NCBI GenBank assembly: GCA_963514005.1
Contig: OY740781.1
Location: 134,540,001 to 134,604,000 of the forward strand
Direction of reading: 5' to 3'
Length of the DNA stretch: 64,000 bases
DNA from: Raja brachyura
Lineage: Eukaryota
The position numbers and the translations under genes were made by a program. Positions 1-10,882 of the stretch are shown here, in pieces (the stretch's first letter is position 1; each line of letters begins with the position of its first letter). The notes beneath the pieces were generated by a model. That model saw only the letters and a list, made by a program, of their open reading frames with translations. It was not told the origin of the DNA and searched no databases.

Positions 1-557
1 TGTCTGTTCACGCCGTCTATTCTGAAGAAGGTTAAAGCTGAAATAATGATTTTGTAAGAAGACAATAAAATGCTCTTGGCCCAAGTTAGATCCATCTATG
101 AGTGAATTTTATATTGATATGAAGTGCGGTAACCCTAAGGGGTTCACAATGAATATTAAAATGTAAACAGCACAATCCTTCTTCCAATCAGAACAAGCAT
201 GAGCAATTGTATACATCACTACCCTAAATGTAGTGTTCAGTTAAGACCTGGGGGTTGTCCCATTTGATCATTAACACTTTATATCTATGTAGAGTCGTAC
301 AGCGTGGAAACAGACCGTTTGGCCCATGTTGAGTTACTTGGGCCAAAAGATTTGATGAAAATGTGTTTTACGTCATGGGTCTGGGGACATGCAGAACAGC
401 CTATGTAAAGATGATAGAGTCCCTTCCCTAAATAACAGTGGTGGATTTGTAAGAAATGTGAGTAGTTACATGGACATCACCGCTGATAATAGCGTTTTAT
501 TTCAACTGATTTGCTTGACTGAATTTAATTTTATTGACACTTGTTCACTCCACACCA

Positions 558-720
558 AAACACAAAGTCCTGGAGTAACTCAGTGGGATAGGCAACATCT
601 GTGGAAGGAATGGAAAGGCATCCTTGGGCCTGAAGAATTATCCCGGCCCGAAACACTACTTATCCATTCCCTCCACAGATGCTGCCTGATCGGTTGAGTT
701 ACTCCAGCACTTTGTGTTTT
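558..720. mobile_element. Fold-back PLE-terminus-derived short element with a degenerate hammerhead core in the loop
   Basis: Inverted arms AAACACAAAGTCCTGGAGTAACTCAG... / ...TGAGTTACTCCAGCACTTTGTGTTT; CTGAAGA...GAAAC at 630-654. Confidence 0.75.
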
Positions 721-892
721 GCTCAAGATTTCTTGTGTCTCCACTCAATATAATTGTCATTTCAAGACCTCTGACCTCGGACCACCTCACCAAATCAGAT
801 CATCTTCTTTTTGCTTGCACCAATGTATCTATTATCAATAATAGTGTTTAAAGAAACTAATAAACAACATATTTCTTTGAGGCACCTGATGA

Positions 893-1205
893 CATTTCAC
901 CACGGTGTATAAGCGGTACAGTTGTTGCTCTATAGTGTCAAAGATCTGGGTTTGATCCTGACTACGGGTGCTGTCTGTATAGAGTTTGTACGTTCTCCCC
1001 GTGACCTGCGTGGGTTTTCTCTGGGTGCACCAGTTTCCTCCCTTGCTCCAAAGAAAGGTTTGTAGGTTAATTGGCTTGGTAAAATTGTTAATTGTCGCTA
1101 GTGTGTGCAGGATAGTATTAGTGTGCAGGGATTGCCAGTCGAAGGTGGGCCAAAGGACCTGTTTCCGCACTGTATGTCTAAACTAAACTAAAACTAACTA
1201 AACTA
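893..1205 (+). mobile_element. tRNA-derived V-SINE (HE1-like)
   Basis: tRNA-like head, V-domain GGGTTTTCTCTGGGTGCACCAGTTTCCTCC, CR1-like 3' end with (CTAAA)n tail. Confidence 0.85.
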
Positions 1206-1428
1206 TACTTGAATCATTCACAACATTCTTCTGGAGATTAATCTTCAAATCGTGAAAAGTTCAGGGTAACTCTAGAGGGTTGGCAAACTAAGCTTAAGGC
1301 AAGCCGAGGTTGATATGGATTAGTCTGGACTTCTATACAGGAAGATAAAGGTTGGAGAAATGACAAGGAAAATTTGAAATTGTCTTTCTAATACTATATT
1401 TACCTTATTAAAGAAGTAGCAGAATAGT

Positions 1429-1725
1429 TTTGTTTAGTCTAGAGCTACAGCGATGAAACGGGCCCTTTGCCCTACCGAGTCCATGCTGACCATTGATCAT
1501 TCATACACTAGTTCTACATCCTACACAGTAGGGCCAACTTTTACAGAAGCCAATTAACCTCCAAACCCACTGTCTTTGGAATGTGGGAGGAAACCAGAGC
1601 ACTCGGAGGAAACTCACGGGGCTCAGGAAAAACGTATAAACTTTGCGCAGACAGCACCCATATTCAGGATCGAACCTGAGTCTCTGGCGCTGGGGAGCAA
1701 CATCTCTACCATTGTGCCACTGAGC
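1429..1725 (-). mobile_element. V-SINE (HE1-like), inverted relative to the copy at 893
   Basis: Reverse-complement V-domain (GTGGGAGGAAACCAGAGCACTCGGAGGAAAC) and head. Confidence 0.85.
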
Positions 1726-2064
1726 CACTTCTCATCAAACAGAGGTGAGGAATATGAAAGCATAAACTAAATTGAATGCAAGGAAAAACAAAAGTACATT
1801 GTTTTTATTGAATTTTGCTTTGTAAAGTGGACTGGAAGTTGTTCTGCTCATCAGTCTCACTTATTAGCCGTCCCTCCTACGTGGCTTTGGATTAACGGTG
1901 TGAAGATTCTCAGACCGCTCAAATGTTGTTGAAAGCATATCTTGGACCCGCTAAGTTACTCCAGCATTTTGGGTCTATCTTTGATTGAAAGCATAAGATC
2001 TACTGTAGTATATCCAGCTGAAAGCAAGGTGTCCAAGCAATATTAGGGCAGATAGCAAGATACT

Positions 2065-2893
2065 TAACATGGCCTCGCCAGCAGCCCGTCTGTCCTTTTG
2101 ACTTTTTTTGTTATTTTGAGTGCATCTAAATGCATGATTTAATGTTTCTCGGTATGTTATATGTGGGGGGTGGTGGGAGGAATAGGGGGAAACCGTTTTC
2201 AGTCACTTATCTCGACAGAGATGCGACTTTTCTCCTTGACGCATCTTCGCCCCCCCTTGCGGCCTAACAACTGGTTTGGTGCGGCCTTTCCAGACCGGAG
2301 ACCGTCCCAGAGCTTCAGCAGTAGGCGCGGCGCGGACTTACCATCGCGGAGCCTGGGATCCTTTGCCGAGGGTCGCCAGTGTTGGAGCTCTGACCGCGGG
2401 GGTCTGCTGACTACAGCAGTCTTCAGAGCTTCTAGCTGCGGGAGTGGCGCGGACTTACCATCGCGGAGCCTGGGATCCCTTGCCGGGAATCGCCAGAAGA
2501 AGTGCTCAGACCGCTGGCCCGTGGTCTTTAACATCGTGAAGCCGCAGTTTCCGATAAGAAGCAGCCGATTCAGGAACTCCAAGCCACGGAGTGTGTTCTG
2601 ATCCGTCCCGCCAACGGAGTTTCGATCATCCCGACGAGAGGGCTTGTACATCGGGCCGTCTGTAGCGGCGACTGCGGAGGGTTCAAGGCGCGACCACGGG
2701 TGAACAAAGGAGGAAGATTGACTGAACATTATTGCCTTCCATCACAGTGAGGAATACTGATTCCACTGTGATGGATGTTTATGTTAAACTCTATCATGTA
2801 TTGTGTTATTTTTACTTATGGCTGTATGGTAACTCAAATCTCACTGTACCTTAATTGATGCATGTGACAATAAATGTGAACTTGAACTTGAAC
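2065..2893 (+). mobile_element. GC-rich non-autonomous retroelement with L2-type 3' tail and internal 117-bp tandem unit
   Basis: Same architecture at 23665 (+) and 27030 (-). Ends CACTGTACC...GTGACAATAAA(TGAACT)n. GGCGCGGACTTACCATCGCGGAGCCTGGGATCC occurs at about 2329 and 2446. Confidence 0.7.
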
Positions 2894-3158
2894 CTGGTTC
2901 CAAGAAACATCTTAAAAGAGGGAAGAGGGGAAGAAAGGGAGAAATATTTGGGAGGAAATTGCACAATTTTGGGGCCTGTGGGTTGAAGACAGGACTCCTT
3001 GTATTGGAGCAATTAAAATCTGAGATACAAACCAGTCCCTGAGGTTCTTTGTGTGATAGCTATAATTTTCAGAATTATGTTTCAACAAAGAGACAGGATT
3101 TGGCAAGTGTCCAAGACCCGGCCACATTATTGAGATGAGACACGATACAGTTACTCCT

Positions 3159-3537
3159 GGGGCGGCACAGTGGCGGAGCGGTAGAGTTGCTGCCTTACTG
3201 CGCCACAGACCTGGGTTCCATCCTGACTGTGAGTGATGTCTGTGCAGAGTTTGTATGTTCTCCCTGTGACTGCATGGGTTTTCCCTAGGAGCTCCGGTTT
3301 CCTCCCGTTCCCCAAAGACATTCGGGGGTTGATTTGGCTTTGGTAAAAATTCTAAATTGTTATTTGTAGTGCATCTAAATGTATGATTTAATGTTTCTCG
3401 GTATGTTATATGTGGGGGGTGGTGGGAGGAATAGGGGGAAAAGTAGGGCAGTGCTTCTGTATGGGGTCACTGGTTGGCCGGGACTTAGTGGGCCGATGGC
3501 GCCACTTCCACGGTGTATCTCTAAACTAAACTAAACA
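3159..3537 (+). mobile_element. V-SINE (HE1-like) with an ~85-bp foreign insert at 3358-3441
   Basis: GGGCGGCACAGTGGCGGAGCGGTAGAG head, V-domain and (CTAAA)n tail. Confidence 0.85.
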
Positions 3538-3784
3538 AAATACTTTCTTGGAACCTGGTTATACGATTGCATATGTAAATATTCACTGCAAAACAGGAAC
3601 AGGAAATTAATGTTTTGGAATGTTATGGTAATCAGTGTTAACCTAAAATAGAGTGATAACACATATCTTTAATTAAAGCAAAAATGTTACCCATGCTCCA
3701 TAAAGTTTAAAGACTTTGGTTAAGTGAACTTCTTCTGTTGATCAGGATTGGCCCCAGGTTCAGTGCTTGACCTAGGAGGAAATA

Positions 3785-4775
3785 GAAACAGAAACATAGA
3801 AATTAGGTGCAGGAGTAGGCCATTCGGCCCTTCGAGCCTGCACTGCCATTCAATATGATCATGGCTGATCATCCAACTCAGTATCCCGTACCTGCCTTCT
3901 CTCCATACCCTCTGATCACCTTAGCCCAAGGGCCACCTCTAACTCCCTCTTAAATATAGCCAATGAACTGGCCTCAACTACCCTCTGTGGCAGAGAGTTC
4001 CAGAGACTCACCACTCTGTGTGAAAAAAGTCTTTCTCATCTTGCTCTTAAAGGATTTCTCCCTTATCCTTAAGCTGTGACCCCTTGTCCAGGACTTCCCC
4101 AACGTCAGGAACAATCTTCCTGCATCTAGCCTGTCCAACCCCATAAGAATTTTGTACGTTTTTATAAGATCCCCTCTCAATCTCCTAAATTCTAGAGAGT
4201 ATAAACCGAGTCTATCCAGTCTTTCTTCATAAGACAGTCCTGACATCCCAGGAATCAGTCTGGTGAACCTTCTCTGTACTCCCTCTATGGCAATAATGTC
4301 CTTCCTCAGATTTGGAGACCAAAACTGTATGCAATACTCCAGGCGTGGTCTCACCAAGACCCTGCACAAACTGAAGTAGAACCTCTCTGCTCCTATACTC
4401 AAATTCTTTTGCTATAAAAGCTAACATACCATTCGCTTTCTTCACTGCCTGCTGTACCTGCATGCCTACTTTCAATGACTGGTGTACCATGACACCCAGG
4501 TCTCGCTGCATCTCCCCTTTTCCTAATCGGCCACCATTTAGATAATAGTCTGCTTTCCTGTTTTTGCCACCAAAGTGGATAACCTCACATTTATCCACAT
4601 TATTCTGCATCTGCCAAACATTTGCCCACTCACCCAGCCTATCTAAGTCACCTTGCAGTCTCCTAGCATCCTCCTCGCAGCTAACACTGCCCCCCAGCTT
4701 AGTGTCATCCGCAAACTTGGAGATATTTACTTCAATTCCCTCATCCAGATCATTAATATATATTGTAAATAGCAG
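3785..4775 (-). mobile_element. 5'-truncated CR1 LINE (RT C-terminal part and 3' UTR)
   Basis: ORFs 4227..4817 (IYINDLD...KFADDTKLGG) and 3974..4402 (LVRPRLEYC...RRLRGDLI); microsatellite tail near 3785. Confidence 0.93.
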
Positions 4776-5136
4776 AGGCCAGGTTGACAGCAGAGTTGTG
4801 GAGAGAGAGAAAGACAACTAGGTTTTCTGCTGTCGATCAGTGTCTGGAAGACATGAATGGACAATATTATTTACCACATTTGGATCGTCTTCTGTATAGA
4901 GTCTCCATGCTCATTTTGCCTTTTTGCCATTTGCCATTATGCCTTACACTTGACAAATGAGGTTTAAATGAACTTCTGAATTGCCTCCCACATGGAAAAC
5001 ATAATCGTGACGAGTGAAAGAGAAATACATTTTCAAAGCTTAATGGACTATGAGTGGAGTAGATTGACTGGATGTGGCGATGATGTTTTCAGTATTTGGA
5101 TAGTCTAGGACCGGAACAGTGTCAGAATAAAAGGAC

Positions 5137-6356
5137 CAGGCATGTGCCGTCAGGGTAGGCAAGGTAGGCACTGTGGGAGACTTATGCCTATCTAAAAGAT
5201 CGATCTCTCGGGTAGGCATAATTCTCCGAGCCTTTCATCCGCAGCACTTGTAACTCGGGAAGGTCTGTGCAGCCCACGTGCCGTCAGTGCTGCTTCAAGC
5301 CGTCAGTTTCAAGCGGGGCTGAACGCAGCTGAAATTCTGCCTTCGCAGCACTGCGCATGCGCACCGCTGGTTTCTTGGCGGGGTTTTCAAATATGGATTG
5401 GCATTATTTTAAGTGTATGCTAGGAAACAGAGAGAGAAGAATGGAGCTCGTGTACCGATAATGTGGTAAGTACATTTTGTGTTTATGTTTTTAAATACCG
5501 TACTTCCCGGGGTGTGGGGGTGGGGGGAGAGCTCCTTTCACAGCATTTGGGGAGTCTGGCCCGGGGTAAAGTTGCGGGGAGGGCACGAAAGGTGTGAAGG
5601 AGGAAGGAGGGATCGGGATAATGCCACTTGCCACGCTCCTTGCACGGAGGCGTGCAAAACCTCTCTCCTGCCGCTCGCTGGCCTCACTCATGTCCCGCAA
5701 ATCCTTAAATTCTGACAGCGCGATTGAGGTTACTCGGCTGTGGGAATTTAAGGATTTGTAGGAAGCCGCTGACATGAGCTAGCGGCAGGTGAGAGATGTT
5801 CAGACGGAGAGCACTACCAGAAGTGAGTGGGCCGGCAGTAAGCGCTGAAGTGGCAGACAGTTTGACTGTCGGGTCCCGGCACCGCTTGCAGCTACCCGAG
5901 CTACTTCTATCCCCGGCTACAATGTGGCGGCTCCACGCCTGGAGCGCTGCGGCAGCGGTAAGTGAGTGAGTTACAGGCTTTATCACCGGCCCCCTCATTC
6001 TCAACAGTCCTGCCCTCCCCACAACTTTACCCCTGGTACTGACTCTCCACACGCTGTGAAAGGAACTCTCCCCCCAATTGGACCCTTGAACACGTGTTGT
6101 CATTCAATAAGATGATAACTGATTCAACTATTCCCCATACTCCCGTTTTTCCCACCATCTCTCCACCTGCCATCACCCTTCACCCCCCCACCCATTCAGT
6201 AATTCAGAATAAAGGAGACTAGGAAGCCTTGGGCAAATGGAAATGTTACTGTTTTTATTTTTTATTTTTACGGAGAGAACAATCTGCGCATGCGCGTTTT
6301 TTGTTTTTTGTAATCCGACCGAGGGCCTACCCTGAGTAATTACTCATGGCACGTCT
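5137..6356. mobile_element. hAT-like non-autonomous DNA element inserted into a CR1 3' fragment (about 5050-6565, +)
   Basis: CR1 sequence stops at AAAAGGAC and resumes at TAAAGGAC (imperfect 8-bp TSD). Imperfect TIRs CAGGCATGTGCC / GGCACGTCT and subterminal GGTAGGC repeats. Confidence 0.6.
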
Positions 6357-6658
6357 AAAGGACATACCTTTAGACTGGAGATGAGGTGACATTTCTTTAG
6401 CCACAGGGCGGTGAATCTGTGAAATTCATTGGCATGAGCCAAAGGTTATGGGGAGTAGGCACGAGATTGGGATTGAGAGGGAAATAGATCAGCCATGATC
6501 GAATGGCCGAGCAGACTCAATGGGCCGAATGGCCAAATTCTGCACCTATGTCTTATAGTCTTAAAATCAATGAGTGAAATTTTATCGCAGTGTTTCAAGT
6601 GCCAAGAGTGTAAAGGTGGGAAAATGTAGCCTCTTGATCTTTCAAGTTATTTCTAGTT

Positions 6659-6945
6659 AGGGCGGCACAGTTGCGCATGGGCAGCTCACTGGTACAGCTG
6701 GTTGGACCGCTGCCTCAGAGGGCCTGAGACACGGGCTCAATCTTGACCTTGGCCGTTGTCTATGTGGTGTTTACGCATTCTCCCTGAACCACTTGGGTTT
6801 CCACCGGGCGCTCCGGTTTCTTCCAGTATCCCAAAGGCGTGCGTGTTAGTAGGTTAATTGACCACTGTAAAAATTGCTCCTGGTGTGTAGGGAGTGATTG
6901 AAGAAATGGAATAATGTAGACTTAGTATGAATACGTGATCAATAG
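6659..6945 (+). mobile_element. V-SINE, diverged
   Basis: GGGCGGCACAG head and GGGTTTCCACCGGGCGCTCCGGTTTCTTCC V-domain. Confidence 0.8.
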
Positions 6946-6959
6946 TGTGTAGGTAGATC

Positions 6960-8875
6960 ATATGACCATATAATAATTACAGCATGGAAACAGGCCATCT
7001 CGGCCCTTCTAGACCGTGCCAAACTTACTCTCACCTTGTCCCATCTACCAGCATAACCTTCCATTCCTTTCCCATCCATATACCTATCCAATTTATTTTT
7101 AAATGATAAAATCAAACCTGCCTCCACCACTTCCACTGGAAGCTCATTCCACACAGCCACCACTCTCTGAGTAAAGATGTTCCTCCTCATGTTACCCCTA
7201 AAATTTTGTCCCTTAATTCTCAAATCATGTCCTCTTGTTTGAATCTTCCCTACTCTCAATGGAAAAGCTTATCCACGTCAACTCTGTCTATCCCTCTCAT
7301 AATTTTAAAGACCTCTATCAAGTCCCCCCTTAACCTTCTACGCTCCAAAGAATAAAGACCTATCCTGTTCAACCTTTCTCTGTAACTTAGGTGCTGAAAC
7401 CCAGACAACATTCTAGTAAATCTCCTCTGTACTCTCTCTATTTTGTTGACATATTTCCTATAATTTGTACACCATATTCCAGAATTGGCCTCACCAATGC
7501 CTTGTACAATTTTAACATTACATCCCAACTTCTATACTCAATGCTCTGATTTATAAAAGCCAGCACACCAAAAGCTTTCTTTACGACCCTGTCTACATGA
7601 GATTCCACCTTCACGGAACTATGCACAGTTATTCCTATAGTTATTCCTTTTGCTATTAATATAGCTGTAGAAACCCTTTGGATTTACTTTCACCTTACTT
7701 GCCAAAGCAACCTCATATCTTCTTTTAGATTTTCTAATTTCTTTCTTAAGGTTCTTTTTACATTCTTTATATTCCTCAAGCACCTCATTTGCTCCATGCT
7801 GCCTATATTTATTGTAGATCACTCTCTTTTTCCATACCAAGTGTCCAATTTCCCTTGAAAACCATGACTCTTTTTACTCTTTCCTTTCAACCGAACAGGG
7901 ACATAAAGATTCTGTACTCTTAAAATGTCACCTTTAAATGTCCTCCATTTCTCCACTACATTCTTCCCATAAAACAAAATGTCCCAATTCATCACTTTTA
8001 AATCTTTTCGCATCCCCTCAAAGTTAGCCTTTCTCCAATCAAAAATCTCAACCCTTGGTCCAGTTCTGACCTTCTCCATAATTATATTGAAACTAATGGC
8101 ATTGTGATCACTGGACCCGAAGTGCTCCCCAACACATACTTCCGTCACCTGACCTGTCTCATTTCCTAACAGCATTGCCCCTTCTCTAGTAGGTACCTCT
8201 ATGTATTGCTGCAAAAAACAATCCTGCACACATTTTACAAACTCCAAACCATCCAGCCCCTTTACAGAATGTGTTTCCCAGTCTATGGGTGGAAAACTGA
8301 AATCTCCCACAATCACTACCTTGTGCTTACTACTAATATCTGCTATCTCCTTACATATTTGCTCTTCCAATTCTCGCTCCCCATTAGGCGGTCTATAATA
8401 CAACCCTATAAGTGTTGCTACACCTTTCCCATTTCTCAGTTCCACCCAAATAGCCTCCCTAGACGAGCTCTCTAATCTATCCTGCCAAAGCACTGCTGTA
8501 ATATCTTCCCTGACAAGCAATGCAACACCTCACCTCTTGCCCCTCCAACTATATCACACCTGAAGCAACGAAATCCTGAAATATTTAGTTTCCAATCACA
8601 GCCATCCTGCAACCATGTTTCACTAATCGCCACAACATCATACTTCCAGGTGTCAATCCAGGTTCTAAACTCATCCACCTTTCTTACAATGTTCCTAGCA
8701 TTAAAATATACTCATCTAAGAAACCCACCCCCTCTTATTCCCTGTTTATTGTCTTTTTCCTCTTTCTCCCCTACATGTTGGGTCTGAGTGCTTCCCTTCT
8801 GTGCCTCCTACCTCACACACTGTCTACTAGCTTTCCCTGTTTGAGTCCCTCCCCCCAACCATTCTAGTTTAAGAA
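6960..8875 (-). mobile_element. CR1 LINE (endonuclease plus RT C-terminus) with a ~1.07-kb internal deletion
   Basis: ORFs 7819..8520, 8472..8678 and 6939..7626 are collinear and highly similar to the copy at 54952-58010, but lack the RT core. Confidence 0.93.
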
Positions 8876-8897
8876 CGTTCTAGTTTAAGAACCGTTC

Positions 8898-10165
8898 TAG
8901 ACACAAAATGCTGGAGTAATTCGGTGGGACAGGCAGAATGGGTAACGTTTCGGGTCGAGACCCTTCTTCAGACAGATGTCAGGGGAGTGGGCGGGATAGA
9001 GATAGAATGTTGTCGGAGACAGTAAAACTGGTGGGAGAACTGGGAAGGGGGAGGGGGTGGAGAGAGAGGGAAAGAAAGGGCTATTTGAAGTTAGAGAAGT
9101 CAATGTTCATACCGCTGGGGTGTAAGCTGCCCAAGTTAAATATGAGGTGCTGTTCCTCCAATTTGCGCTGGGCCTCATTCTGATAATGGAGAAGGCCCAG
9201 GACAGAAAGGTCAGATTAGGAATGGGAGGGGGGGTTAAAGTGCTGAGCAACCGGGAGATCAGGTGGGTTAAGGCGGATTGAGCGGAGGAGTTCAGCGAAA
9301 CGATCACCGAGCCTACGCTTGGTCTCACCGATGTGCAGAAGTTGACACCTGGAACAGCGGATACAGTAGATGAGGTTGGAGGAGGTGCAAGTGAACCTCT
9401 GCCTCACCTGAAAAGACTGTTGGGGTCCTTGGATGGAGTCGAGGGAGGAGGTAAAGGAACAGGTGTTGCATCTCCTGCGGTTGCAAGGGAAAGTACCTGA
9501 GGTTTGGTTGGGAAGGGACGAGTTGACCAGGGAGTTGTGGAGGGAACGGTCTCTGCGGAAAGCAGAAAGAGGAGGAGATGGGAAGATGTGACCAGTAGTG
9601 GAACACCGTTGGAGGTGGCAAAGGTGTTGGAGGATTATATGCTGTATGCAACGGCTGATGGGGTGGAAGGTGAGGACATGGACTTGCTATGCCCATGTCC
9701 CACTTAGGAAACTGAACGGAAACCTCTGGAGACTTTGCGCCCCACCCAGGGTTTCCATGCGGTTCCCGGAGGTTTTTGTCAGTCTCCCTAATGGTCGAAA
9801 GTGGTTTCCGTTTTAAAAATCGGTAATTTTTTAGTCGAAGCCGGTTGCGCTGCTAGTTGAAGGTGGTTGCCGGAGGACAAAAACCTCCGGGAGCCGCACG
9901 GAAACATTGGGTGGGGTGCAAAGTCCCCAAAGGTTTCCGTTCAGGTTTCCTAAGTGGGACAGGGGTGTTACGAATATGGAAAGGGGGAGCAAGGACGGAG
10001 CTGTGGAATATCGAGGAGGCCCTAGTAGGAGAACCTCATCTATAATGGAAGAGGGGAACCCCGTTTCCTAAAGAATGAGGACATCTCCGATGATCTAGTA
10101 ACGAAAACCTCATCCTGGATGCAGATGTGGTGTAGACAGAGGAGTAGGGGACAGAATCTTTCCCA
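8898..10165 (-). mobile_element. Penelope-like element 3' part (GIY-YIG endonuclease plus terminal repeat with hammerhead motif)
   Basis: ORF 9216..9407 FTCTSSNLIYCIRC...HIGETKRRLGDRFAE is the PLE GIY-YIG signature; hammerhead core at 8944-8971. Confidence 0.9.
9690..9967. mobile_element. Harbinger/PIF-like MITE nested in the Penelope element
   Basis: ~90-bp TIRs (TGCCCATGTCCCACTTAGGAAAC... / ...GTTTCCTAAGTGGGACAGGGGTG) flanked by CTA/TTA, consistent with a 3-bp TWA target. Confidence 0.8.
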
Positions 10166-10363
10166 TTCTAGAGATAGAATCAATAGTGAGCGTGGACTCG
10201 GTAGGCCAGAGCCTGTTTGCATGCTGTATGACACTACATCTATTCAACCATCTCAGGGAAATCAATTTAAGCAATGTCTAATTTTCAAGCAGATCCAATT
10301 TAATGTTGCGGTAACTGATGCTCTATGAGGCAATTATCCTTAACTCCCACTTTTCCTTTCCAG

Positions 10364-10497
10364 GTGGCACTTCACGCGTGCGGGGTGGCGACTGACATGG
10401 TGATTGACCACTGTATCATGGCTCAGGCGGCCTTTGTTGTCTGCCCATGCTGCTACGGTTTCATGCAGAATACAGTCAAGTACACATTCCCAAGAAG
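10364..10497 (+). CDS. GSTCD: GSTCD internal coding exon (methyltransferase-like C-terminal region), VALHACGVATDMVIDHC...CPCCYGFMQNTVKYTFPR
   Basis: Pyrimidine tract and CAG acceptor at 10361-10363; donor AG|GTGGGT after 10497; 134 nt, ends in phase 2. Peptide matches the recalled vertebrate GSTCD motif VALHACGVATDMV...CPCCYGF. Confidence 0.96.
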
Positions 10498-10643
10498 GTG
10501 GGTGTAGCTCCCTGTTGATTTCATCTTGCTTCTACTTTGAGCCTTGCCCCCTAACATTTGTGGATATTGTGGGGATCTTTTTTTCAATACCCATTCATTC
10601 TTATTGCTTCTTTACCAGATCATGATCTGACTTATAAAAGATA

Positions 10644-10882
10644 GCGTAGCACAGTTTTGCAGTGGTAGAGTTGCCGCCTTACAGCACCAAGGACCCGGGT
10701 CTGAACCTGACTATGGGTGCTGTCTGTATGGAATTTGTACAATTTCCCTGTGACTGCGTTGGTTTTCTCAACCTCACAGGAAGAACGTACAAACTCCGTA
10801 CACTCAACATCCGTAGTCAGGATCGAACTCGGGTCTCTGGCACTGTAAGTCAGTAATCCTACCACTGTGCCACTATGCCACC
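10644..10882. mobile_element. Two V-SINE 5' halves joined in inverted orientation
   Basis: 10644-10768 is a + strand head; 10770-10882 is a reverse-complement head. Confidence 0.8.

Noticed and set aside
1320-1355. LDFYTG-like peptide resembling the expected upstream GSTCD exon
   Set aside because: In-frame TAA and no convincing splice sites. The real exon probably lies before the window, or I missed it.
2161-2729. 146-aa and 176-aa ORFs, and similar ORFs at 23862-24390 and 27332-27655
   Set aside because: Stop-poor GC-rich repeat interior, open on both strands, with no protein motifs.
3159-3235. tRNA gene
   Set aside because: It is the tRNA-derived head of a SINE and continues directly into the V-domain and tail.
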